35,571 bases of DNA from contig JBBSQG010000001.1 of assembly GCA_038258125.1 (NCBI GenBank), positions 1 to 35,571 of the forward strand. Reading direction: 5' to 3'. The position numbers and the translations under genes are program-made. The notes beneath the pieces are model-generated. The model was not told the origin of the DNA. It did not search any database and was given only the letters and a program-made list of their open reading frames with translations. Below are positions 26,137 through 34,558 of the stretch, piece by piece. Within the stretch, counting starts at the first letter, position 1. The number at the start of each line of letters is the position of its first letter. This stretch comes from Solirubrobacterales bacterium (lineage in GTDB: Bacteria; Actinomycetota; Thermoleophilia; Solirubrobacterales; Solirubrobacteraceae).

Positions 26137-28041
26137 ATGCGGGCAGCGATCGGGGGTATGTGCGCGCTGATCGCCGTGCTCGCGACCGTGCTCGTCGTGA
26201 TGGTCGCCTCGGCCGAATCGGACGCCACGCCGACGCCGCCGGTCGTGCTGGCGCCGCACGGCGCCCAACCGGTGATCTACGCGGGCCCCGGCGATCGCGT
26301 CCAGATCAACGGCCTGTGGCGCTTTCGCCGCGACAAGGACAATCGCGGCCTCGACAAGGGCTTTCAGACCGGCAAGTTCGGCGGCGAGCTGGTCCGCGTC
26401 CCCTACGTGCCCGACGCCACGAAGATCAGCGGCCGGCGCGGGATCCCGATCTTCCGCGGCACCGTCGGCTGGTATCGCACGAAGATCGACGTCCCGGTCG
26501 ACGGCAACTACGCGCTCCGCTTCGAGTCCGTCAACCATCGTGCCCGGGTCTACATCGACGGCAAGCTGGTCGCCGAGCACAAGGGCGAGTACCTGCCCTT
26601 CGACGTGCGCGCCTTCCTGAAGGCCGGCACGCGCCACAGCCTCGTGGTGCGCGCCGACTGGCGCGGGCCGACGGCGATGAAGCGCGATGGCTGGCATCGC
26701 CTGTGGTTCAACTTCGGCGGCATCAACCGCGGCGTGAGCATCCGCCGCATCGGCAACAGCGAGCTGTCCTACCCGATGATGCAGACCAAGCTCGTCGGCG
26801 GCGCGGCGCAGGTCGACCTGAGGGTGCACGTGCACAACAACGCTGCCGCGCGCCAGCTCGGTGTGCGCGGGACGTTGTCGCGCGGCGACCGCAAGATCGC
26901 GCTGGAGTTCCCCGCCGAGTCGATCGCGCACGAGGGCACCGAGGTGCTCCAGACGTCGGTCCGCATCGACGACCCCGCCGTCTGGTCGCCGCGCACGCCG
27001 AACCTCTGGAACCTCGAGCTCGAGGTGCCCGGCGAGGCGACCTACCGCGCTCGCGTCGGCCTGCGCCAGGTCGTCGCCAGGGGCACCGACCTTCTGCTCA
27101 ACGGCAACCCCGTCAAGCTGCGCGGGGCGTCGATCCACGAGGACGTCTTCGGGCGCGGCGACGGGCTGCTGCCCTCCGACCAGGACCGCCTCGTCGGGCA
27201 GCTGCGCACGATCGACGCCAACGCGACACGCGCGCAGCATCCGCTCGACCCGGGCCTACTCGAGCGCCTCGACGCCGCCGGCATCATGATCTGGCAGGGC
27301 ATCGGGCCGACCGATGCGCCCGGGGCATGGACCTCGCGCGGCTCCGACCGCGTCAAGGTGGCCAAGGGCCGCGTCCGCACGACCTTCCGCCAGGCCCAGC
27401 TGCACCCGTCGATCATCACCTGGAACCTCGCCAACGAGGTCGCCGGCAACGGCCATCCCGAGGGGCAGATCCCGTATGTCGACTCGATGGCACAGGAGCT
27501 GCGCCGGATCGATCCCGGCCGTCCCGTCGCGCTGGACATCTGGGGTGCGCACCCGCCGAAGAAGACGTCGAGGATCTACGACAACATCGACATGATCGGC
27601 TGGACGAACTACATCGGCTGGTACGAGGCGACGCATGCCCCGGCCTCCAAGCTGCGCGAGATGATCCGCGCCCGGTTGCAGCGCCTGCGCAACGTGTTTC
27701 CCGACAAGGTCATCGCGGTGACCGAGTTCGGCGCCGAGGCCAACGGGCGCAACTCCACGACCGAGCCCGGCGGCTACGCGTTCCAATCGCATCTGCTGGA
27801 CCTGCACCTCTCGACCTACGCGCGGATCCCCAACCTGTCCGGCGCGCTCGTCTGGAACCTGCGTGACTTCGCCGTCGCGCCGACGTTCTACGGCGGCTCG
27901 ATCAAGAGCCAGGTGCCGGACATCAAGCTGCTCCGCGGCCTGAACCAGAAGGGCCTGTTCGACGTGCGCAACAAGGCCAAGCCGTCGGTCAAGAACGTCG
28001 CCGGCCGCTTCCAGGCCCAGGCCGCCGCTGACGGGGGCTGA
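26137..28041 (+). CDS. Glycoside hydrolase family 2 protein (paralogue of 18352..20373) with an N-terminal signal/anchor
   Basis: WYRTKIDVP...ALRFESVNHRARVYIDGKLV, KLRGASIHED, HPSIITWNLANEV, VTEFGAEANG. I place the start at ATG 26137 (MRAAIGGMCALIAVLATVLVVMVASA). GTG 26131 and ATG 26158 are alternatives. The track start at 25969 is not coding-like. Confidence 0.85.
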   Translation: MRAAIGGMCALIAVLATVLVVMVASAESDATPTPPVVLAPHGAQPVIYAGPGDRVQINGLWRFRRDKDNRGLDKGFQTGKFGGELVRVPYVPDATKISGRRGIPIFRGTVGWYRTKIDVPVDGNYALRFESVNHRARVYIDGKLVAEHKGEYLPFDVRAFLKAGTRHSLVVRADWRGPTAMKRDGWHRLWFNFGGINRGVSIRRIGNSELSYPMMQTKLVGGAAQVDLRVHVHNNAAARQLGVRGTLSRGDRKIALEFPAESIAHEGTEVLQTSVRIDDPAVWSPRTPNLWNLELEVPGEATYRARVGLRQVVARGTDLLLNGNPVKLRGASIHEDVFGRGDGLLPSDQDRLVGQLRTIDANATRAQHPLDPGLLERLDAAGIMIWQGIGPTDAPGAWTSRGSDRVKVAKGRVRTTFRQAQLHPSIITWNLANEVAGNGHPEGQIPYVDSMAQELRRIDPGRPVALDIWGAHPPKKTSRIYDNIDMIGWTNYIGWYEATHAPASKLREMIRARLQRLRNVFPDKVIAVTEFGAEANGRNSTTEPGGYAFQSHLLDLHLSTYARIPNLSGALVWNLRDFAVAPTFYGGSIKSQVPDIKLLRGLNQKGLFDVRNKAKPSVKNVAGRFQAQAAADGG

Positions 28042-28096
28042 CCCGCATCCACTAGCTTTGTCGGCAACGTGACCGACGACGCGAAAGGCCTGTGAG

Positions 28097-29422
28097 ATGA
28101 GCGTGGCTGAGCAGCAGCTGTGGGGCGGCGAGACGGCCAAGGCGGTCGAGAACTTCCCCGTCTCTGGCGAGCGGGTACCGGTCAGCGTGGTGCGCTGGCT
28201 GGCCGCGATCAAGGGCGCCGCCGCGCGCGTGAACGCCGACCTCGGCAAGCTCGACGCCGAGCTGGCCGAACGGATCGCCGCCGCCGCCGCCGACATCGCC
28301 GCGGGCAAGTACGACGACCAGTTCCCGATCGACGTCTTCCAGACCGGCTCGGGCACGTCGACGAACATGAACGCCAACGAGGTCATCGCCAATCTCGCCG
28401 GCGAGGGCGCCCACCCCAACGACCACGTCAACATGGGGCAGTCCTCCAACGACGTGTTCCCCAGCGCCGTGCACCTCGCCGCGCTCGACGAGGCGACGAA
28501 CACGCTGCTGCCCGCCCTCGAGCACCTCGAGGCGGCGTTCGCGGCGAAAGCGGCCGAGTTCGAGGACGTCGTCAAGTCCGGCCGCACGCACCTGATGGAC
28601 GCCGTTCCCGTGACGCTCGGCCAGGAGTTCGCCGGCTACGCCGCCCAGCTGCGCCTTGGCGCACGGCGCGTGCGCAACGCCCTGCCGCAGGTCGCGCAGA
28701 TCCCGCTTGGCGGGACCGCGGTCGGCAACGGCCTCAACACGCATCCTGAGTTCGCCGAGCGCATCCGCGCACGGCTGCAGGACGCCAGCGGGCTGAAGAT
28801 CTCCGGGCCGGAGGATCCGTTCGAGGCGCAGGCCAACCGCGATGCGCTCGTCGAGCTGTCGGGCGCGCTGAAGGTCGTGGCGGTCTCGCTGACGAAGATC
28901 GCGCAGGACCTCGCGCTGATGGGCTCGGGGCCGCGCGCCGGGATCGGCGAGATCCTCCTGCCCGAGCTGCAGAAGGGCTCGTCGATCATGCCCGGCAAGG
29001 TCAACCCGGTCCTCCCGGAGGTCGTCATGCAGGTCGGCGCCCAAGTGATCGGCAACGACGTGGCGATCACGATCGGCGGCCTGCAGGGCAACTTCGAGCT
29101 CAACGTCCGCATCCCGCTGATCGCGCGCAACCTGCTCGGCTCGATCCATCTGCTGTCGACGGCGAGCCGCCTGTTCGCCGACCGCTGCGTGACCGGGATC
29201 GAGGCCAATCTCGACGGTTGCCGGCGCTCGTCGGAGTCGACGCTTGCCGCGGCGACCGCGCTGAACCCGTACATCGGCTACGACAAGGCGGGCGCGATCG
29301 TCAAGGAGGCGGCGACGTCGGGACGCCTGCTGCGCGAGGTCGCGCTCGAGCACGGCGTCGACGAGGCGACCTACGACGAGGCGATGGACCTGCGCAGGAT
29401 GGCGCGCGGCAGCGCGGCTTGA
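28097..29422 (+). CDS. fumC: Class II fumarate hydratase (fumarase C / aspartase superfamily)
   Basis: ENFPVSG, DDQFPIDVFQTGSGTSTNMNANEVIAN, GQSSNDVFPSA, the signature GSSIMPGKVNPV, and RTHLMDAVP. The QTGSGT form favours fumarase over aspartase. Confidence 0.88.
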   Translation: MSVAEQQLWGGETAKAVENFPVSGERVPVSVVRWLAAIKGAAARVNADLGKLDAELAERIAAAAADIAAGKYDDQFPIDVFQTGSGTSTNMNANEVIANLAGEGAHPNDHVNMGQSSNDVFPSAVHLAALDEATNTLLPALEHLEAAFAAKAAEFEDVVKSGRTHLMDAVPVTLGQEFAGYAAQLRLGARRVRNALPQVAQIPLGGTAVGNGLNTHPEFAERIRARLQDASGLKISGPEDPFEAQANRDALVELSGALKVVAVSLTKIAQDLALMGSGPRAGIGEILLPELQKGSSIMPGKVNPVLPEVVMQVGAQVIGNDVAITIGGLQGNFELNVRIPLIARNLLGSIHLLSTASRLFADRCVTGIEANLDGCRRSSESTLAAATALNPYIGYDKAGAIVKEAATSGRLLREVALEHGVDEATYDEAMDLRRMARGSAA

Positions 29423-29483
29423 ACGGCGCGCCGCCGTCGGCGTACTTACGCGCTCCTCACCCGGACGGGCTACGGTCGGCACG

Positions 29484-30116
29484 ATGAGCATGAGCCCGCG
29501 CCTGCGCTCCTTCGCCGAGCTTGTCCTCATCGTCGCCGCAGCGCTGTTCTTCGCGCTCGCGATCCAGGCCTACGCGGTCAAGCCGTACGTCATCCCCTCC
29601 GAGTCGATGGCGCCGACGCTCATCGTCGGCCAGCGGCTGCTCGTCGACCGCTTCTCGCACCGCCTCGGCGCGGATCCGAAGCTCCGGGACATCACGGTCT
29701 TCACGCCCCCGGCGGGGGCCGAGCTGACCGATCGCCAGTGCGGTGCCGCCGGCGAGGGCCCGTCCTACGATGGCGGCGCGGCCAGCCGTCGCTCCTGCTC
29801 GCGCGCGACGCCGGGCCGGGCGACGAAGGCGTTTGTCAAGCGCATCGTCGGGCTGCCCGGCGACGTCATCGAGGTGCGGGGCGGCCACGTCGTACGCAAC
29901 GGTCGCGTCGCGCGCGAGCCGTTCGCCACGCCGTGCGGCGGTGGCCCGGAGTGCGATCTGGGAGCGATCGTCGTCGCCCCCGGTCACTACTTCCTCATGG
30001 GCGACAACCGCGGCAACTCCGACGACAGCCGCTACTGGGGCCCGGTCGCGCGCGACCAGATCATCGGGCGTGCCGTCGTGACCTACTGGCCGTTGGGCCG
30101 CTTCGGCGGGGCCTGA
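29484..30116 (+). CDS. lepB: Signal peptidase I
   Basis: N-terminal TM. Box B IPSESMAPTL (catalytic Ser), box D VKRIVGLPGD (catalytic Lys), box E GDNRGNSDDSRYWGPV. Confidence 0.9.
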   Translation: MSMSPRLRSFAELVLIVAAALFFALAIQAYAVKPYVIPSESMAPTLIVGQRLLVDRFSHRLGADPKLRDITVFTPPAGAELTDRQCGAAGEGPSYDGGAASRRSCSRATPGRATKAFVKRIVGLPGDVIEVRGGHVVRNGRVAREPFATPCGGGPECDLGAIVVAPGHYFLMGDNRGNSDDSRYWGPVARDQIIGRAVVTYWPLGRFGGA

Positions 30117-30117
30117 G

Positions 30118-30139
30118 CGGGCCTGGTCCCCGGCCCGCC
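30118..30139. terminator. GC-rich hairpin between the convergent lepB and hydrolase genes (GCGGGCC-N8-GGCCCGC)
   Basis: Read directly: a 7-bp stem (30118-30124 / 30133-30139) with an 8-nt loop, filling the 24-nt convergent gap. There is no U-tract, so this is only a candidate bidirectional terminator. Confidence 0.3.
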
Positions 30140-30140
30140 G

Positions 30141-30980
30141 TCACAGGCAGAACGCCGTGAGCTCGCGCGCGACCCCGACGGGGTCGTCGTAGCCGATGAG
30201 AAACCCGGTCCCGGGCAGAACGCGCAGCTGCCCGTCGGGCAGGTGCTCGAGCGCCTCCTCGGCGCCGGCCAGCGGGTGGTAGCGGTCGCGGTCGGCCCAC
30301 AGCAGCAGGACCGGCGCCGCGATCCGCGGGTAGGCCTCCAGCAGATCGTGCTGCGCCCCCGCCGGCCAGCGCCGTACCCAGCGCGACCACGAGCGGGCGA
30401 GGTTGGCGTTGCCGGCGACGTCGGCCGTGGCATGGCGCAGCAGGTCGCGCGCGGCCGGGTTGCCGCGCGCCGTGAGCTTCATACCCAGCTCTGGCCGGTA
30501 GGCGAAGCGCACGGCCCGCGAGGCGGCGCGGTCGAGGCCCGGCAGCGATGCCGCGGGGGCGATCGCGCGCAGCGGCACGGGCAACCGCGAGCGCGTCGGC
30601 GAGCAGTGCAGGCGGTTGGGCATCAGCACCATGCGGGCGGGCGCCAGCTGGCCAGTCACGACGGCGCGCAGAAGGATCTCCGCGCCCGCACCGTGGCCGC
30701 CGACGAGCGGGTGGGCACCGCACGTCTCGCGGCAGAAGGCGGCCATGACCTCGGCCAGCCAGTCCAGCGTGTACGGATGACGCGGGCGGTCCTCCGAATC
30801 TCCGTGCAGCGGAAGGTCGGGCAGCACGAGGCGGAAGCGGTCGGTGAGGTGCTCCACGATGGGTGCGAACTCGCGGTGCGAGAGCGCCGCGCTGTGCATG
30901 AGGCAGAGACCGGGTCCGACGCCCGCCTCGCGGTAGGCGATCCGTGCCCCGTCGCGGTGGTGGTACAGGCGCAGCTTCAT
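30141..30980 (-). CDS. Alpha/beta-hydrolase fold protein with an atypical nucleophile elbow (G-H-G-A-G)
   Basis: MKLRLYHHRDGARIAYREAG...LCLMHSAALSHREFAPIVEHL...LPDLPLHGDS...HPLVGGHGAGAEI follows the usual beta-strand/elbow order of the fold. Start at ATG 30980, in an ATGA overlap with the upstream lipoprotein gene. The track start at 31109 is an Arg-rich extension. Confidence 0.75.
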   Translation of the reverse strand: MKLRLYHHRDGARIAYREAGVGPGLCLMHSAALSHREFAPIVEHLTDRFRLVLPDLPLHGDSEDRPRHPYTLDWLAEVMAAFCRETCGAHPLVGGHGAGAEILLRAVVTGQLAPARMVLMPNRLHCSPTRSRLPVPLRAIAPAASLPGLDRAASRAVRFAYRPELGMKLTARGNPAARDLLRHATADVAGNANLARSWSRWVRRWPAGAQHDLLEAYPRIAAPVLLLWADRDRYHPLAGAEEALEHLPDGQLRVLPGTGFLIGYDDPVGVARELTAFCL

Positions 30981-31456
30981 CCGCCGCGCTCGCCCGCGCG
31001 CTGCCCGCGCCGCAGTGCCGCCGCGGCGGCCGGGCGCCCACCGTCCTGGAGGGCAGCGAGCTGGCCCACGCGCCGCGCGAGCTGGTCGGCGATCCCGCCG
31101 CTGGCGCACTGCGCTCCGGCCTGCACCGCGCCCGCGAGGTAGCCGAGCTGCAGCGCCGCGCCCGGCTCAGTGCCGGCCCGGACGCGCAGCGCGTCGGCGG
31201 CGCCGCCGAGTGACAGGCCGAGCGACTGCAGGTCCCCGTCGGTGCGCGCGGCGCTGACGCAGCGCGAGAGGCGCGTGCCGTCCGCGAGTGCCACCGCGGC
31301 GGGCGCCTGGCGCAGCGCCGCCAGCAGCGCGGCGGGCTCGGCGAAGCATGCGCTGGGCACCGGGTCGGGCTTCTGCGTGCAACCTGCCAACGGCGCGGTG
31401 CAGGCCACGACGAGGATGCCGATGCGGGCGAGCGTTGCGTTGCCAAGGGGCCGCAC
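30977..31456 (-). CDS. Hypothetical lipoprotein
   Basis: Signal plus lipobox (IGILVVACTAPLAGC). Ala/Leu-rich, helical-looking mature part with 3 further Cys. Translationally coupled to the hydrolase gene. No family recognised. Confidence 0.55.
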   Translation of the reverse strand: MRPLGNATLARIGILVVACTAPLAGCTQKPDPVPSACFAEPAALLAALRQAPAAVALADGTRLSRCVSAARTDGDLQSLGLSLGGAADALRVRAGTEPGAALQLGYLAGAVQAGAQCASGGIADQLARRVGQLAALQDGGRPAAAAALRRGQRAGERGG

Positions 31457-31563
31457 GAGCGGATCGTAGAGTCCGCCGCGTGTCGCGACGCCCGCGGTCG
31501 CGAGATTTGTTGGGGGGCGGTTGCCGCGCGACGAGCGGGGCCGTCGTCGCGCCGGTCGTGCGA

Positions 31564-32979
31564 CTACTCGTCTGCCGGCTTGGCGGCCCCCGCTCCGACT
31601 GCGCTTGAGCCGTCGGCCGGGTCCATCGCGACGGAGTCGGCGATCCGGCTCTCGATCGCGAGCTCGCGATCGAAGTCGGCGAGGTCGGCGTGGCGGTAAT
31701 CCATCCCGCGGCCGGCCAGCAGCGATGCGAGCGCCTCGACGTAGCGCTCGTCGAGTTGGCCCCCGGCGACGCGACGCAGCTCGGTCATCGCCTGGAAGGA
31801 CGTCATCCGGTCGCGGTAGGTGTCCTGCGTCGTCAACGTGTCATAGACCTCGGCGACGGCGACGATGCGCGCGATTGCGGGGATCTCGTCGCCCTTGAGC
31901 CGACGCGGGTAGCCACGCCCGTCGATGCGCTCGTGGTGGGTGCGGACGATCTCCGCCACGGGGCCGTAGACGCCGAGGTCGCGCAGCAGTTCGGCGCCCA
32001 GGTCGGGGTGCTGATGGATCGCCACCCAGTCGTCCTGAATCAGCGTGCCGTGGCGTTCCATCACCCGGTCGGGCAGCGCGAAGCGGCCGATGTCGTGCAG
32101 CAGCCCGGCGGTGTGCGCGAGCTCGACCTCGCGCTTGGTCATCCCGCATTCGAGCGCGATGTCGCGCGCGAATGCGGCCACGGCGGCGCTGTGCCGCGCG
32201 GTGCGGCTGTCGCGTCGATCGAGCGCGCGCACGAGCGAGGACAGCACGCCCCACGACATCGCCGCGTATTGCTCGGTGCGCTCGCGGGCGATGACGACCA
32301 GCCGCGACATGTAGGTGAAGGCGACGATGATCAGCACGAGAAAGGCGCCGGCGGCAAGGCCGAACTCGGCGAACACGCCCGCGATCGACACGGTCAGCGC
32401 GACCGTCAGCACGAGCGACGGCAACAGCTCCCGCGGCGGTTGCACCGCCTCGCGCACACGGCCTCCGTCGAGCACCACGACGAGGCCGCTCAGCAGGACG
32501 AAGTTCAGGATGAGAAAGCCGACCGCGACGAGCGCCAGGAGCGCCAGGTCGCCGATCCTGCCCTCGCGCAGCGTTCCGACGAGATGGCCGTAGAGCAGCG
32601 CCGCGAGCATGTTGGGAACGGCGGACGCCGCGAGGTTGATCGGCAGCGCCCGCGTGCGGTAGGGCCGCGCCTGCTGGCGCAGGCGGCGGGCGCCGAACGT
32701 CACGAGCTCAGCGACGACCGCGATGGCAAACGCGCCCACCGGACCGATGAACGCGACCGCGAGCATGAAGCAGACAAACGCCGCCGAGATGTCGATCGCG
32801 CCCTCCCAGACGGACGCGAACAGGACGCTGACACAGGCGCCGACGGCGAGCGCGAGCGTCAACGGGTCATAGAGCTCCGCCAGCGAGGAGGTCAGCAGGG
32901 CGGGTGCGGCCGCGAGCAGGATCACGATCGCCGCGATCACGGCGATCCTCGGCTGCGCAGCGCGCGGCGCGCGATTCAC
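31564..32979 (-). CDS. Membrane-bound HD-GYP domain protein (putative c-di-GMP phosphodiesterase) with a multi-TM N-terminal sensor region
   Basis: About 6-7 hydrophobic helices in the first ~215 aa. The HD-GYP module follows: HSAAVAAFARDIA, LLHDIGRFALP, HHERIDGRGYPRRLKGDEIP, RIVAVAEVYDTLT. Confidence 0.85.
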   Translation of the reverse strand: MNRAPRAAQPRIAVIAAIVILLAAAPALLTSSLAELYDPLTLALAVGACVSVLFASVWEGAIDISAAFVCFMLAVAFIGPVGAFAIAVVAELVTFGARRLRQQARPYRTRALPINLAASAVPNMLAALLYGHLVGTLREGRIGDLALLALVAVGFLILNFVLLSGLVVVLDGGRVREAVQPPRELLPSLVLTVALTVSIAGVFAEFGLAAGAFLVLIIVAFTYMSRLVVIARERTEQYAAMSWGVLSSLVRALDRRDSRTARHSAAVAAFARDIALECGMTKREVELAHTAGLLHDIGRFALPDRVMERHGTLIQDDWVAIHQHPDLGAELLRDLGVYGPVAEIVRTHHERIDGRGYPRRLKGDEIPAIARIVAVAEVYDTLTTQDTYRDRMTSFQAMTELRRVAGGQLDERYVEALASLLAGRGMDYRHADLADFDRELAIESRIADSVAMDPADGSSAVGAGAAKPADE

Positions 32980-33105
32980 GCCCGAAACGCTACCGCCCGC
33001 CGCCCAGCTGCTCGGTTGGCCGCTCCAGCCGGCGGGCCGCTCCGCGTCAGTCGACGCGTAGCGGCGCGATCGGCGGCGGCCGGCCGATGCTCGACTTCGA
33101 GCACG

Positions 33106-33195
33106 TCAGTTGACCCGGAACGCACCGCCGGTGGTAGCCAAGATGGTGACGGTGGCGATCAGGGCGGTGTAGGCGCGGTACTTGAGAGCGGGCAT
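33106..33195 (-). CDS. Micropeptide B, 29 aa: MPALKYRAYTALIATVTILATTGGAFRVN (predicted single TM)
   Basis: My own translation; it falls below the ORF-track length cut-off. ATG 33195, TGA 33106-33108. The start is 1 nt after the stop of micropeptide A (TGAcATG). It is a paralogue of A, with the differences mostly synonymous or conservative. Confidence 0.6.
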   Translation of the reverse strand: MPALKYRAYTALIATVTILATTGGAFRVN

Positions 33196-33196
33196 G

Positions 33197-33286
33197 TCAG
33201 TTGACCCGGAACGCTGCGCCGGTGGTGGCCAGGATGGTGACGGTGGCGATCAGCAGCGGGTACGCGCGATACTTGAGCTGCGACAT
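33197..33286 (-). CDS. Micropeptide A, 29 aa: MSQLKYRAYPLLIATVTILATTGAAFRVN (predicted single TM)
   Basis: My own translation. ATG 33286 is preceded by GGAGG (33293-33297) at 6-nt spacing. High GC3. It has a tandem paralogue immediately downstream. Confidence 0.65.
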   Translation of the reverse strand: MSQLKYRAYPLLIATVTILATTGAAFRVN

Positions 33287-33652
33287 GTGGAACCTCCGGA
33301 GCGGTGGTTTGGTAGACGATGCCTAACGTAGCCCTTCGATCTGGCACCTAGAAGCGAGGTTGGCCAAACCGTCCTGGGGGCAGGCGGTCTCCCCGCCCAA
33401 AGTGCACGAGATCGCGCCACGCAGGTTGAACAAAGCCGTGGTCGCGCAATTCGGTCTTGCGTTCGCCGGCGCGACATGCCTGCGCCACGCGCGCAGAACA
33501 TGCACCCGGCAGCGCCAGCGCGGTCGGCTCGACCTCGGCCCGGATCAGATTGCGCCTGCAGGCGACGAGAGGACGACATTGGGGCGGTCAAAGGTGTGCA
33601 ATTCCCATCGGCGCCGTTTGCATCGTGCGAGGCCAGCGCGGATGATGGCGAC

Positions 33653-34558
33653 GTGCGGACCCTCAAGACGAGCGAAGCAGCGGCGCTGCTGCACGTCAGC
33701 CCGAACACGCTGCGCGCGTGGGAGCGGCGATTCGGATACCCGAAGCCACAGCGGTCGGCCGGGCGCCACCGTCTGTACACGCACGGGGAGGTCGCGGCCC
33801 TCCGCGACGCCCTCCAGCAGGGGCTCTCGATCTCGTCGGCGGTCAGCCGCGCCCGCGAGGCGTTGAGCACCGACACGCATACGCTCGTCGGCGCGCTCGC
33901 CGGCTTCGAGCTCGATCGGGCCGACGCCGCGATGGAGTCCGCGCTGGCACTGCGCTCGGTCGAGCGCTCGGTCGAAGAGGTCCTGCTGCCGTCGCTCGAC
34001 GAGCTCGGCCGACGCTTCGGGATCGAGAGCGCGCCGTGGGCGTTCGCCGCGCGCTGGGCCAATGGCTGGCTGCGCCGCGCCCAGCGTCTGGCACCACCGC
34101 CCGTCCGCCGCCTCGCGATCCTCGTCGGCGACGCGACCCGCAACGAGCTCGATCCCGACGCGCTGTCGGTGCGCGCGTTCGAGCTGTTCTGCGGGCGCTC
34201 GGGCGCTCGCGTGATGGCGCTGCCCGTCGGCAGCGTCTCGGGCTTGGCCGACGTCGTCGGCTCGCTGGCGCCCGACGCGGTCGTGATAGCCGGCGGTCAT
34301 CTTCCCGACGACGATGTCGCGCTCTGGGCCTACCGTGTCCGCGCGACTGCAGGACCGGTGCCGATGGCGCTGTTTCGCAGCGCTCACCATGGGGCGCGCG
34401 TACACACGACCGGCACCCGGATCCTCCCCGACGCCCCGTTCAGCGCCCACCGTCAGCTGCTCGCCCTCGTCGACGACCGCCGGCCCGTCGTCGAGCGCCG
34501 CGGCGCTCCGCTAGCGCTGCCCGATGCCGATCGCGAGCGCCGCGAGGCACAGCGGTGA
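33653..34558 (+). CDS. MerR-family regulator of the CarH/LitR type (HTH plus helical bundle plus Rossmann-like B12-binding-like domain, with degenerate cofactor motifs)
   Basis: HTH LKTSEAAALLHVSPNTLRAWERRFGYPKPQRSAGRHRLYTHGEVAAL matches the CarH/LitR signature (WERRYGFP-x-P-x-R-x-x-G-x-R-x-Y). The C-terminal RRLAILVGDATRNELD...ARVMALPVG...DAVVIAGG resembles the B12-binding Rossmann layout. I favour the start at GTG 33653, where GC3 rises; the track start at 33476 is unsupported. Confidence 0.8.
   Translation: MRTLKTSEAAALLHVSPNTLRAWERRFGYPKPQRSAGRHRLYTHGEVAALRDALQQGLSISSAVSRAREALSTDTHTLVGALAGFELDRADAAMESALALRSVERSVEEVLLPSLDELGRRFGIESAPWAFAARWANGWLRRAQRLAPPPVRRLAILVGDATRNELDPDALSVRAFELFCGRSGARVMALPVGSVSGLADVVGSLAPDAVVIAGGHLPDDDVALWAYRVRATAGPVPMALFRSAHHGARVHTTGTRILPDAPFSAHRQLLALVDDRRPVVERRGAPLALPDADRERREAQR

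Noticed and set aside
33718-34554. N-terminal 279 codons of the 441-aa track ORF 33718..35043
   Set aside because: This part is an alternative frame of the LitR-like CDS and is Arg/Pro-rich. Only the segment from GTG 34555 onward, after the regulator's stop, is coding-like (Zn-ribbon-PAS).
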